Of a DNA stretch of 64,000 bases, positions 10,559 through 21,308 are shown piece by piece. The DNA comes from Schizochytrium sp. TIO01. Its lineage: Eukaryota > Protista > Bigyra: Labyrinthulomycetes. The DNA lies in contig SMSO01000014.1 in assembly GCA_004764695.1 (NCBI GenBank), positions 6,996,029-7,060,028 on the forward strand, written 5' to 3'. Both the position numbers and the translations under genes were made by a program. Numbering within the stretch: the first letter of the stretch is position 1; the number at the start of each line of letters is the position of its first letter. The notes beneath the pieces are model-generated. The model saw only the letters and a list, made by a program, of their open reading frames with translations, was not told the DNA's origin and ran no database searches.

Positions 10559-13500
10559 TCAACAATACCAAAGAAGCATACGTAATAAAATGATACACTA
10601 GTGGATCGGAGCAAGAATTGTAGAATAGGTACATAGTAGTACGCAATGGATCCTTGAGAGTTGAGTTTGATGGAGAGCTTTCTTCTGGAAATCTATTGAC
10701 CTTTAAATTTCACCGAGCTTAAACATATTTCATTCTTTTCTTGCGCTCTCGCATTTTTCAGGGGATCTCCTTCTTGAGTCGTATAATCAAAGATTGTATA
10801 GCGTTTTACCGAAAAAAGAAGATTTAATCAGGATTGGATGAAACAAGTCAATCTTAGGACAAGATGTATGAGTGCTTGTTTTGATTCCTTCAAGGTAAAG
10901 GATGATTGGACTAGTATAGGTAAAAATAAGTTAAGAAAAAATCAAAGGGTTAGCACCTACCGGATTTTGTGAACCAGTTTCTGCTAGATATTAAATAACC
11001 GGTGGCCCTTCCTTTCTTTCTTCCTTTCATAAATCCTAATGAGAAAAAAATATAAAACTAGGGAGCGCTCCATCTTCAGCTTGCAGTAAGGTCTGAAGTT
11101 TGTGATACCTGGCGCGATTTTCTGAGCTTAGGCAAGGTTTAGCATGTATGTGGGGTCAATTCAGCGCTCGTGTTATGATAGGAGGCCAACTATCCGCATC
11201 GATCCCATCATGCTATCTTGAGCTATACGATGCTGCTGCACTGTCTTATTTTGGTTGAGTTTGGAGGCTATTCCTCCAGACGTTTATCTTTTTCTACGGT
11301 CCAAGCATATTCAGAAACAGTTTCATATACCCGTCTTTTGCAGCAAGTTTTTATATTTGCTTTCTTTTCCTTTTTGCTATGCACAACTTTTCCAGAATTT
11401 GTGCGCCTATTGCTGGCTGTGGCTAATAGAGTTTGTCTTACGGGTTAGCTTTTTGTATTGGTTGTTTTGTTTAAATAGAGTGCTCGTCGATCGACAATGC
11501 TCTCGCAGAGCATTTAAGTGTGCAATACAGGTTCTGTTCGCAGAAATTGAGACTGCAGCAGAAATGCCATGACGAATTGTATTATAAATCAGATATTTTA
11601 TTTGCTTCTCATCTGTCATGGTCTGGCGCAAGAGTTAACCAAGATACACCTGTGGATGAGTTCTCGTAGAAATTGAGCGGCGCCCACCCATGCCAAGCTG
11701 GTGTTAATGTATACATCTGTAAATTTGCTTATGGAATTCAGGATTTCTTAACAGCTCAGTCATTTTACAGCAGGATCATACACGCCCATTTCTGAACCAC
11801 CTCGTAGAAGCAGCTTTAATAAGGATCAGTGGATGTACATGATTTAGACCTTTGTTAAGCCATTCCATCACTTAGACAGCTTCTTAATCAACGTCGTGTA
11901 TTCTAGAGCACCTCACAAATTAATTTATGTCTAAAAGCTTGCCTCGTGTTGGACAAGATGTCATTGTCAGTATGCCATTCAAAAGTCTCTGCTTGTTTTT
12001 AAAACAACAAGTTTGAAGTTTGATCTCCCGAAACTGGCCTAAAGCCGAAGGAGTGTGTTTGTGCACAATGACGAAAAAAAGGTTTCTTTCTTTTGTGCAC
12101 AAGGATCATCATTTTCTATCTTTAAGGGTGAGAAATACTTGAAGGAAAACAATCAAGATATCTTGACTCAAATCTCCAAGCTGTTCGTCAGCGAGTAATA
12201 TGCTGAGATCATGTTCTATTGCATCACTGTCATTGGGTGGTAGTGTTAAATTACACTAATAATAGTACGTATCATTTTCATGACTTGGTTCTTGAGCAAT
12301 ACGTACACACCTTCATCCTCCCATGCAGCCTACCCTAGGTACTAGAGTAAGTTTTGAGAATAAAACTAAGTAATTGAGTTGCACGAGTGAGTGAAACAGA
12401 TATTATGGTGATATATCAAGTACCGCTCGATAGTGCGTAGGGCAACATCCATGCTCTGTTCTACCTATTAACTTTAAAGAAGAATATATTCATCATTTGT
12501 TCAAGGTTGGCACCGATAGAAGCGCTACACGAAGAGTTCTGACATCTATAAGAAAATGAATGGCGTCCTTCAACTTGCATATTTACTGCAATTACTACAA
12601 AATAGCATTTAAATTGCACTAAGTTCTCCTGTTTAACTTAATTAAAAAAAAAGCTGAGCGTGCTAAAATTAGCTCGGGAGTGTGCACACCAGAAGTCTGA
12701 GTACTTCTTCGGCCATGCCGGGCTGAGGGAATGTAGAAAGCCAAGTACTAACCAGAGGGAACATCCTCTGCACGAAGTACTCGCAGTTTCTTATTGCAAT
12801 ATTTTTGCTGAGTGCGCTGGTTAGCAGTATTTTCACAGCCTATAGACCTAATTTGGAGCTTCAAATTGTAGCACTGCTCAAAACAATTGTACAAATTTTC
12901 AACCAAACAAAAACGAAGCAACCCATGTGATAGAACGGCTTCATCTCGTTCGATGATTGTTAATCATATTATTCTAACTTTTGGTATACAACCTATAGCA
13001 CGCTTCAGTATTGCGAGCATGTCCAATCGGGATAGGTCATGAAGCTTCAGGCAACATATTTCATCGTCCTTAAATTGAAGTTTGGAGAAGAGACTCTCAT
13101 TTTTTTTAATTTTTTTTTTAAGGCTTTGATTGTTGTGTATGGCGCTGTCTTTATAAGTCTTATTCAGTTTCTATGTTGGTTGGTAGATAGGTACGTACCT
13201 ATCTACCTACCTATAGAGAGCATAGACTTTCATCGCTCTTTGATTGAGGCTGCCTCTACCTGATCCGGCATTTCATATACGCATTTCCTTACTAGCTAGA
13301 GCAAAACAAAGAGAGGTGTGAAAAGAGCGAAGGAAATGACAAAATCGGAGTTGAAGGCGAATGAAAGAGGGAAGAATCCTATTCTTGCGTAGCAAGTCTA
13401 GTACTTCTATGGAGGTACGAAGTACCTAGTGTGCAAGTAAGTCTTTCTTTGTGTATTCTTTTCTTCTTCAAAAACAAATTTCCAATAGAATAATATTATA

Positions 13501-14658
13501 AAACATAGACAAAACTTGACAAGAAAAACAATCTTTGTTACCAAAACTTACTCAGGCTGTCATAAAAAAATATACACATGTCCTCATAAAGTAATGTCCT
13601 CAGCTCGAAGGGAGGTATTGACACGCGATGCCAACTACCTATACCAGAGAGCTGAAGCGAAGTTGAATGAGTGAGGGATGCTCTGTTGAAAAGCATTCAT
13701 GCCCCCAGCGACTTTTCTCGTAAAGCTCACGAGCTATACACCAGACGAGGTGAGTTAGGTACGGCCTACTCTGAAAAGTTGATTAGGCCCTTTTTCTCAA
13801 AATGTTTGTTTATGTATTTGAAGCTATTGAGTATTGACATAGATCATGGGTATCCACTATTTTTTATTTATTTATTTAAAATAAAATTGAAAATATAAAG
13901 AAAAAGAAAAAGCACTTCTGCATTTTCACTTGCTTTGCGCTGCTTCTTGATAGCCTTTTTGTTTGGTTTTGTGAATTGGTTTTTTATTATCTTCCAAGTA
14001 ACGATAGCAGCACATACATACTTTGATATTCCTTTGAAGAAAGAAGCAAAACAAAAATTGCATTCTTTTTGAGGATAAGGGTACTTAGGCCCTCCTTAGC
14101 AGTCCCTTTCCCTCGGCACGCTGCAGCAGAGACCGTCTGCAGCGCGTGCGGGTGCAGACCCTCAGAGCGGTTGTTCTGCTCGTGCAGAGACTCCAACTTG
14201 GAGGCCGTGGGGAGGACCGTATTGCAGGAACGGGTTGCCGTCTCCTCTTTGGTGTTGTCGCTCTTGCCCATTTCCAGACTGCGTCGCGCGGGTCATCTGG
14301 TGATCGTCCATCTCAAGACAACGTTGATTTGTGTGCTCCCATCGCCGATTCCGACGTGGTGTATTTAGGCAGCTCTAGTAAAGAGCTCGTATAGAGGCAT
14401 TGCTCTGCCGACCTACATAGGAAGGAGGAGATTGAAGCATCTTCGAGACAGGGTTCGTGATCGTGTAATTTGAGAGGTCAATCCTCCGTTCTTGTGTCTC
14501 GCAGTTTAATCCTTACATTCACTCAATTGCTTACTTATTGATCACTATTGACTCATCATCTATAAACTTTAGTTCAAGAACATACGAAGGACTGCCCCAA
14601 GCCCCGAGGCAGACGCATAATTTCGAATCACGTGCAATACATTTAACTCCTTCTTAAG

Positions 14659-17544
14659 ATGAATCGCTACCGCATGGCCTCTCCGGCGTGCCGACTGTAC
14701 GAACCGCACCCAATCTACGGTAAGGCCAATCAGTGCAAGAACTGCTTCATGCCCGCTTCGGAGCACTCCTCTAAGGCAATTCTACGCGGAGAGCGAGCGG
14801 CTTTGATCACCCAAGATATGTTGTATCAGCAACAGCAACAGGAAGAAGAGCAAAAGCCTAAAGTGCGTAGTTTAAGCAGGAGTCGGAGCAGGAGCAACAG
14901 CAAAAGCAGAAAAGCAGCTGGAAAAGATGAAAAGAAGGCCGTCGTTCGCACTAGAGGGTCCTCGGTAGGCGGTGAATCAAGGATCTCATCTGGGGGCCAG
15001 AAATCCCAATCAGCTCGTAACAAAGCCAAGGCCAAGAGAGCCAAGAGTAAGTACTCGAAGCGAAACCTCGTCGAGGACCAAGAGCAGTTTACCACTTCTG
15101 AGGAGGAATCAGACTCAGAGTCGGAGCTGGAAGAAGACAGGCACGCTGCAAAGAGAGCAGCCGCTAGGAAGAAGAGCAGAAAGCAACAGCAACAGCAGCT
15201 GGCGCGCTCCAGAGGAAGGTCTGCTTCTGCAGAGCCTAAGCAGCGATCCAGAAGTATCTCTATCACCCATACAATCAACTTGGACAGTGGCTTGGCGGTC
15301 AGATCACCGCACAGCGCACGAGAGGAGGCTCTTGCTGTTGCTGTTGCCGCTGCCCGGGAGGGTGACTCTCGTAGCAGAAGTGTTCGTAGACTTGAGGATA
15401 CTCGGGCTAGATCTCGCAGCAAAAGCTTGCAGGCCAAGGCCAACAAGAGCAAGTCTCGTAGTCTTCAGGCCCTCAAAGATCAAGAAAGAGAACGCCAGAG
15501 ACGCAAGTCTCCTAGCAAACCACGCTCCAGATCTAACTCCGCGACCTCTCTTCTTCGCAGTAACTCTCGTCAAGACAAACGTACTGCGGGCACAAACATT
15601 GCGGTCGTGAAGGTTTCCAGATCTGTGTCCAGGAATGGTCGTAGGACGTCGCCCACCCCAAAGCTTCTTCGCTCTCGTTCTATGGGCAATGATTATAGTA
15701 GTAGCAGCAGTGAAGAAGACAGTATCGGCAGCAGCGCTGAAGAGTTGACGGATTCCGAGGAGGACTCTGTGCTCTTTGGCTCCTCCTCCGAGTCATCTAC
15801 ATTGTCATCCGGTGACGAGGACGAGTCTTCCTCATCTGAGGATGAAGCCATCTCTAGACGCAAGCACAGACAAGCGCGCCAGCAAAAGAAACTGCCCAGA
15901 CATCGCGGAACTTCTGTCGTCTCTCGCGCCAGCCAACATAAGGGTTCTTCCTCCGTACGAGCGAGTCCAAACGGTCGTCGTCGCAGTGGATCTGCTTCCA
16001 GCGTAGGGTCCGTACACCTCAAGTATCGTGCTGGCGGACTGCGATCTGCTCAGGATTTAGAGCAGCAGCAAATGCGAATTGCAAGAACTCAGGACCATCT
16101 TCGCAGACTGCACGATCTCAACCAGCGCAACGATGAAATAGCGCGCCAGAAGCAGGCTCTCGCGAAAGCAAAGGCCCGCCAAGAGCGCCAGCAGAAGCAG
16201 CAGGCAGTGCGAGACAAGCGCCTTAGTAGCAGCAAACAACAACAGCAACAGAAGCAACAACAGCAACAACGCCTCTCGAGACGCCAGCAGCTTCAAGCAA
16301 AGCAGAAGAAGAAGGCCAGTAGGAAAGGCGCTTCGTCTTCCTCTGAATCAGGATCTTCCTCAGACTCTAGTAGCGGCTCTGAGTCTGACTCTGATGGCGC
16401 ATCGGAGGGAGGTCGCTCTCGTACCAACTCGCTTGGATCTATTGCCTGGGCAATAACAAAGGGCATTGTAGGTCTTGCAATCGGTGTGTCGGGTAATGAG
16501 GCATCCGACTCAGGCAGCGATTCGGAGTCTTCAAGTTCGGGCAGCGGGTCTTCCAGCGATTCGGACGACGACAAATCAACCAAGCGCAAATCTGGAGCGG
16601 CGAAGGCTGCAGCTCAGCGCAAGAGTCAACTCGCTCGTCGTCAGTCGCAGCAGCAACAGCTGCAGAAACAGAAACAACAACAACAGCAGCAACAGCAGCA
16701 GAGGCAAAGACAACAGCAACGCAACAGTGCTGCAAGCCGTCGTCGTTCCACAAGTGTAGACAGTAGCAGGACTGCAAATGAGCTTTCGCAAGAGTACCAG
16801 CGCCGCCGCATGCTTGAAAAGGAGCGGGCATCAAAGGGTCGAGCATCTCAGCAAACTGCCTCGAGACGAAGCACTGTTAAATCACGAGCCTCAAAGGTCG
16901 ATGAAGACTCTTCGTCTTCGTCAGACTCGGAGATAGAAAAGGTCTCGCGACGTGGCTCTCAGGCAGCTCGGTCCAAGGCTGCCAGTTCGCGCCGATCTGC
17001 AAAGCAGGCCGTGGATTCTTCTGAAGAAAGCAGTAGTAGCAGTGGTTCTGAGAGCAGTGATGCGGAGGAAGTGGCACGCAAGTCTTCAGCTCGCTCAAGC
17101 CGACATGTTTCAATGCCTAATAGCATTCGAACTGCAAAGAGCTCGAAGAGTAAGAAGTCTATCAAAAGTGGCACTAACAAGTCGACCGCGGCCTCCTCGA
17201 AGCGCATGTCGACCATCAGTGGTCGTACAAAAGGTGGAAAATCCGTGAGTTCTAAAGCAAGTATGAAAAAAATGTCAACGAAAATGAATCCTGACCTTGG
17301 TTCGAGTAGCGCGGATGAAACAGCAAGCGTAATTGATGATGCAATTCGGCAAAGGGAGCTCGATGATCTTGAGCTCCAGAGTGAGATGCGGCGTTCAAAG
17401 GAGGCACGGCACAAGTTAGAAATGCTCCAAGCGGAACATGAGTTCGCACGTGCTTCTCTGGCCCACAGCAAGGCCTCCAAGAAGTCCCTGGCTTCCAAGC
17501 GATCCAATGCTGCGAGTCGTCTTCGCGCACCAAGTGTCCATTAA
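14659..17544 (+). CDS. Large intrinsically disordered Ser/Arg/Gln/Lys-rich protein with an N-terminal C-x14-C-x2-C-x6-H motif
   Basis: 961-aa uninterrupted ATG ORF. N-terminal CRLYEPHPIYGKANQCKNCFMPASEH, then RS dipeptides, poly-Q and poly-S/acidic blocks, short coiled coils and one central hydrophobic segment. Confidence 0.85.
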   Translation: MNRYRMASPACRLYEPHPIYGKANQCKNCFMPASEHSSKAILRGERAALITQDMLYQQQQQEEEQKPKVRSLSRSRSRSNSKSRKAAGKDEKKAVVRTRGSSVGGESRISSGGQKSQSARNKAKAKRAKSKYSKRNLVEDQEQFTTSEEESDSESELEEDRHAAKRAAARKKSRKQQQQQLARSRGRSASAEPKQRSRSISITHTINLDSGLAVRSPHSAREEALAVAVAAAREGDSRSRSVRRLEDTRARSRSKSLQAKANKSKSRSLQALKDQERERQRRKSPSKPRSRSNSATSLLRSNSRQDKRTAGTNIAVVKVSRSVSRNGRRTSPTPKLLRSRSMGNDYSSSSSEEDSIGSSAEELTDSEEDSVLFGSSSESSTLSSGDEDESSSSEDEAISRRKHRQARQQKKLPRHRGTSVVSRASQHKGSSSVRASPNGRRRSGSASSVGSVHLKYRAGGLRSAQDLEQQQMRIARTQDHLRRLHDLNQRNDEIARQKQALAKAKARQERQQKQQAVRDKRLSSSKQQQQQKQQQQQRLSRRQQLQAKQKKKASRKGASSSSESGSSSDSSSGSESDSDGASEGGRSRTNSLGSIAWAITKGIVGLAIGVSGNEASDSGSDSESSSSGSGSSSDSDDDKSTKRKSGAAKAAAQRKSQLARRQSQQQQLQKQKQQQQQQQQQRQRQQQRNSAASRRRSTSVDSSRTANELSQEYQRRRMLEKERASKGRASQQTASRRSTVKSRASKVDEDSSSSSDSEIEKVSRRGSQAARSKAASSRRSAKQAVDSSEESSSSSGSESSDAEEVARKSSARSSRHVSMPNSIRTAKSSKSKKSIKSGTNKSTAASSKRMSTISGRTKGGKSVSSKASMKKMSTKMNPDLGSSSADETASVIDDAIRQRELDDLELQSEMRRSKEARHKLEMLQAEHEFARASLAHSKASKKSLASKRSNAASRLRAPSVH

Positions 17545-18619
17545 CAGCAGTAGTAGTAGGAGGAATAGCAGCATGAACAAGCACTACCCTTTTGTATGAG
17601 GCTTTGCTTTCATGATAATACTCCTATCGCCATGTGCGCTTCTGTGGTTAGATCATTAGATATAGACCATAAACGAACAATATCAAATGTCTTCAACAAT
17701 CTTCAACTTCTTCTCCTTTCATATCAAAAACGGTTCATGCCTTTTTCGATTTCTTTTGGCAGTCACCATCCTTCCCCAAATTGGTTTAACAACCTTAGCT
17801 ATCTTGTCCTTAAAAAAAAGTGAAGTAGAGACTCAAAGTCTTTTAATTCCCCAAACATTCGTGACGAGCGTACATATAGGGATCTCAAAGTGCTGTTTAA
17901 AAATTCGATACTCGCTACTGCAAATTACAAACCTTAATAATCTTTTATTAGTACGATTTTAAGAAGAAAATTAGAGTTGGCTTTAAAGCATCAGATTAAT
18001 TCCTGATTGCTGTAAAACAGACTTGCTCTTTTCTAATAATTCAAGCTCGGCAGTTGCTTTTTACCCTTTTACTTTTCAAGAGTGGAGTTGGTTTGTAAAA
18101 TCAACTCCAGATGCGTAAGATTTCATTAACGAGAAAAGCAGATATCAAATGAACAACACACAGAAAGTAAGTAAGTAGATAAGGAGGTACTAAGCACCTA
18201 AGTAAAAGAAGAAGAAGAAAAAGGAAAGGGCGAGAAGACAATGGCTTTGATGACATGTTGGTGGTGAATGCAAACGCAATCTTGTAAAAAGGTAGTAGTA
18301 ATGTACCACGAAACACAAAAACAAATGCAACTAGAAAGAGCATCATGGCCTGGTCAGAGTGATAGGAGACTTGGGGCAGGGTAGGCAGCAGCAACAGTAA
18401 AGTAGCACTAATGCCATACAAAGTAGGTAGTAGAGTAAACGGGATATCATGATATTGATAATGGTACGCGCTCAAGCACAGATACGTACTGCGGTACCTG
18501 CAAATACATTCAACTCACTGCCGCTTCTATACAAAAGCGAAGAAGAAAGGCCGATGGCCCGGTCACCTCATAGGTCGTTTGGAATACCATTCCAAGGGAT
18601 GCCGTGGTTCTTTGCTTGC

Positions 18620-20845
18620 TTAAAAGAGACCTACACCCTTGCGCAAGGCTTGCTGACGCCACTTTGGCTTCAGAAGGAACTCGCCGCGCGTCATTTTGAA
18701 AGCACGTTCGAATTCATCATCTGGTAGGTAATCTTCAATGACGGATTGGTCAATCTGAAGGTCTTGCAGTTTCTTCTTGCGTACAGCATCACGAAGTTCA
18801 TCCAGGGAAAATTGGCCATCTGGTTTCAGGTAGTTGACTTGTGGCTGGATAGGTTGGGGCCGGAAGGAAGGCTGACGTGTGGTAAAGCTAGGCAATTGCT
18901 GCGACATGTGGTCAGCAACAGGGCGAGCGACACGGGTTACTTCACCCTGCTCGATTTTAGCGCGACGCTGTGCAATAGCTTCGTGCAAGCTCATTGGCTT
19001 ACCACCAGGGGCTGTGAATCCCGGAGGGGGGCTTATGCCACCGTGCTGTGCTGCCGGGTTTGTGACGGCTTCGCGTACAAAAGGTTTGGACACAGCAGGC
19101 TGGGGCATTTTGGGCATGGTGGGCTTGGCAAGACGAGACATTGGTTTTGCAGACGAAGGTTTTGGTGGCTTGAAGCCGCCCATCATGAGTGAGCGACCAC
19201 GAGACATGATCGGTTCATCATCCATTTCGTCTTCGTCAAGGTCAAGAGAGTCAAACGATGGAGGTGGCATCAGGTCAAACTCAGGCTGTTGAGGCATAGG
19301 TTTGCCATCAGAGCCAAAACCATCAAGAGTAAGATCAAATACTACGAAGGTGCTTGGTGGAACATCGGGGGGCAATCCTACCTTACCGTAAGCAAGCTGC
19401 GGTGCGACAACCAATCGAACACATTGACCAAGGCTCATACGCTGCACAGCAAATTCAACACCGCGGATAACCTCACCGCCACCGACAAAGAATTCCATAA
19501 GACCACCTTCAGGATTAAGTTTGGATGGCATATCTGTGGCTCCAAACTCCACCAGACATTGCTGCTGCTCATTCCAGAGGTATGCAGAGTAGCTAAGCTG
19601 GACAAAATCTCCAGGTTGGGGGCCATCGCCAGACAAGGACTGGCCTACAGTTTTGTTGTTTTCCTCCATGGTGTAGCCGTTATCAATCAGGCGATCAAAG
19701 CTCTCGATGGTAGAAAGGTGAAACGAGGCAACAATCTTGCGCTCGCGATGCGAGCGGCGACTACCATCGTTGGGGGTTGTGGCAGCCTGAGCAGCAGCTT
19801 TCTCACTGGATCTACGAAGACCTAGAGAAAGACGAGAAAGGGATTTGCGAAGAGATGACTTTTTCTTCTCCGCAAGTCTTGTGTCTGCATAACCTCCAGC
19901 TGCAGTTTTACCAGCAGCCTTGTCGAACTTCATTGCTTGAGCCTCGGTCAAAGGCTTGCCAGCGAGGACTGCCGATGTGACACGCGGGTCAAGGAGCTCA
20001 ACATGATTGTACGGAATAAGTCCAATAGCACCGCCAGCAGTCTGGCCTTCCCACCAACCAGGGGAACCAGTGTCCTGTGTAAGGATAGCGATAACTTGAG
20101 TAGCCTCCATGAATAGCTCAACATCGTCCTGTGGGGTCCAAGTGAATTCTACGTATGCTAAGGAAACCTTGGGCACTGGCGAGCCAGAAACACGACTAGC
20201 ATTTTCGTCGCGCCCAGCAAGAGCAGCAGCTTCTCCAGCCAAGGAGATTTCGTCACTTGCAGAATGTACATCGACATCATCGTCAGGAAATAGCCACACA
20301 AGCAGAAGATAGTCCGTAATTTCTTCACCGATGAGGCGCCTCATATAGTTCTCCACTGACTCTTCACGTTTATCGGTGTCAATGGTCTCCAGGCCTGCCT
20401 TGTCAGCCCACCTGGGTGGTACCACACCTTCAAACTTGGGAAGAAATCCTCGGACTTGAACGTCAAGATCACGCAGTTGCTGAACGGATTTTGTGGTGCT
20501 CTTTTTTACACCATGATCAGTTGTGGCCTCGATATGGAACTGAGGCATGCCACTGTCAGGGTTCAATTCTGAGCTTACTACGGTGACCAATTTGATCCGA
20601 TCTGCCTCAAATTTGAACTGCTTTGGGGCTTCATTGCGTGCCATAATGCGTTCAGCCTCTTCTTCGGAAATCATCTCCACGTAATTGTAAGGAAATTCAC
20701 CCCGGATGCCGGATACTTGTTCCCGGCCAACCCACCAGCCACTATCATCTTTCTCTTCAATGATAATGACATCGTTCTCTTCGAAGCCAAGATCACCCTC
20801 TTGGGCCGGGACAAAGGTGTACAACGCGCGTGCGTACTCAGGCAT
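18620..20845 (-). CDS. Multidomain SH3 - PX-like - SH3 - FKBP-type PPIase-like - Pro-rich - villin headpiece protein
   Basis: SH3 (ARALYTF...GWWVG...GEFPYNYVE); PX-like segment (LRDLDVQVR...VVPPRW...REESVENYMRRL); second SH3 (GWWEG...GLIPYNHVE); FKBP (GPQPGDFVQLSY...VIRGVEFAVQRMSLGQ...AYGKVGLPPDVPPSTFVVFDLTL); C-terminal VHP (EDYLPDDEFERAFKMTRGEFLLKPKWRQQALRKGVGLF). First ATG is at 20845. Confidence 0.9.
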   Translation of the reverse strand: MPEYARALYTFVPAQEGDLGFEENDVIIIEEKDDSGWWVGREQVSGIRGEFPYNYVEMISEEEAERIMARNEAPKQFKFEADRIKLVTVVSSELNPDSGMPQFHIEATTDHGVKKSTTKSVQQLRDLDVQVRGFLPKFEGVVPPRWADKAGLETIDTDKREESVENYMRRLIGEEITDYLLLVWLFPDDDVDVHSASDEISLAGEAAALAGRDENASRVSGSPVPKVSLAYVEFTWTPQDDVELFMEATQVIAILTQDTGSPGWWEGQTAGGAIGLIPYNHVELLDPRVTSAVLAGKPLTEAQAMKFDKAAGKTAAGGYADTRLAEKKKSSLRKSLSRLSLGLRRSSEKAAAQAATTPNDGSRRSHRERKIVASFHLSTIESFDRLIDNGYTMEENNKTVGQSLSGDGPQPGDFVQLSYSAYLWNEQQQCLVEFGATDMPSKLNPEGGLMEFFVGGGEVIRGVEFAVQRMSLGQCVRLVVAPQLAYGKVGLPPDVPPSTFVVFDLTLDGFGSDGKPMPQQPEFDLMPPPSFDSLDLDEDEMDDEPIMSRGRSLMMGGFKPPKPSSAKPMSRLAKPTMPKMPQPAVSKPFVREAVTNPAAQHGGISPPPGFTAPGGKPMSLHEAIAQRRAKIEQGEVTRVARPVADHMSQQLPSFTTRQPSFRPQPIQPQVNYLKPDGQFSLDELRDAVRKKKLQDLQIDQSVIEDYLPDDEFERAFKMTRGEFLLKPKWRQQALRKGVGLF

Positions 20846-21285
20846 GGTGCCTTTAGTTCTTTTCAGTTGATACAAGAGTATTTACCTTGGGTATATATGC
20901 AACTGATAATCCGGAGTATGGCTGGATTACCAAGTTAGCCTCTCGACCCTGGTAAATATAGCAGACAGGCTTTCCTTACGGTCGCCCGGAGGTTTGCTCT
21001 GCAATCAGTCTTCAGATATCTGCACCTGGACGTAGATCCTTATTGGGCTCCTTGTGCTGCTTTGTAATATGCTGTTTCTTATATAGAGAGGATTGTGGTT
21101 CCAGCTACCACGCTAGGTCTCTTCGGCTTCTGCGGCTTCTTCGCAGGCACGTGGGGACTCTCAAACTAGTTGAGCAGTCGCACTAGACAAACCTCACGCC
21201 TGAAGCTCGGGCACAAGCAATCAATATCTGGATGAACGGGCGAAAGGGCGATGGAGACGAGGCAAGGAGGGAAATCAGGAAACGA

Positions 21286-21308
21286 ATCACTCACTCACTC
21301 ACTCACTC
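21286..21308. repeat. (CACT)n microsatellite upstream of the SH3-FKBP-VHP gene
   Basis: atcactcactcactcactcactc visible in the sequence. Confidence 0.8.

Noticed and set aside
11160-12240. Several short ORFs and protein-like fragments on both strands
   Set aside because: No consistent frame or recognisable motif; I cannot support a gene or pseudogene call.
12690-12850. RNase P RNA identity for the structured island (GAAGTCTGAG, AGAAA)
   Set aside because: No convincing CR-V/P4 partner and the region is too short; kept only as an unassigned structured candidate.
14826-17584. Numerous antisense and alternative-frame ORFs over the low-complexity gene
   Set aside because: Expected shadow ORFs of repetitive, GC-rich coding sequence.
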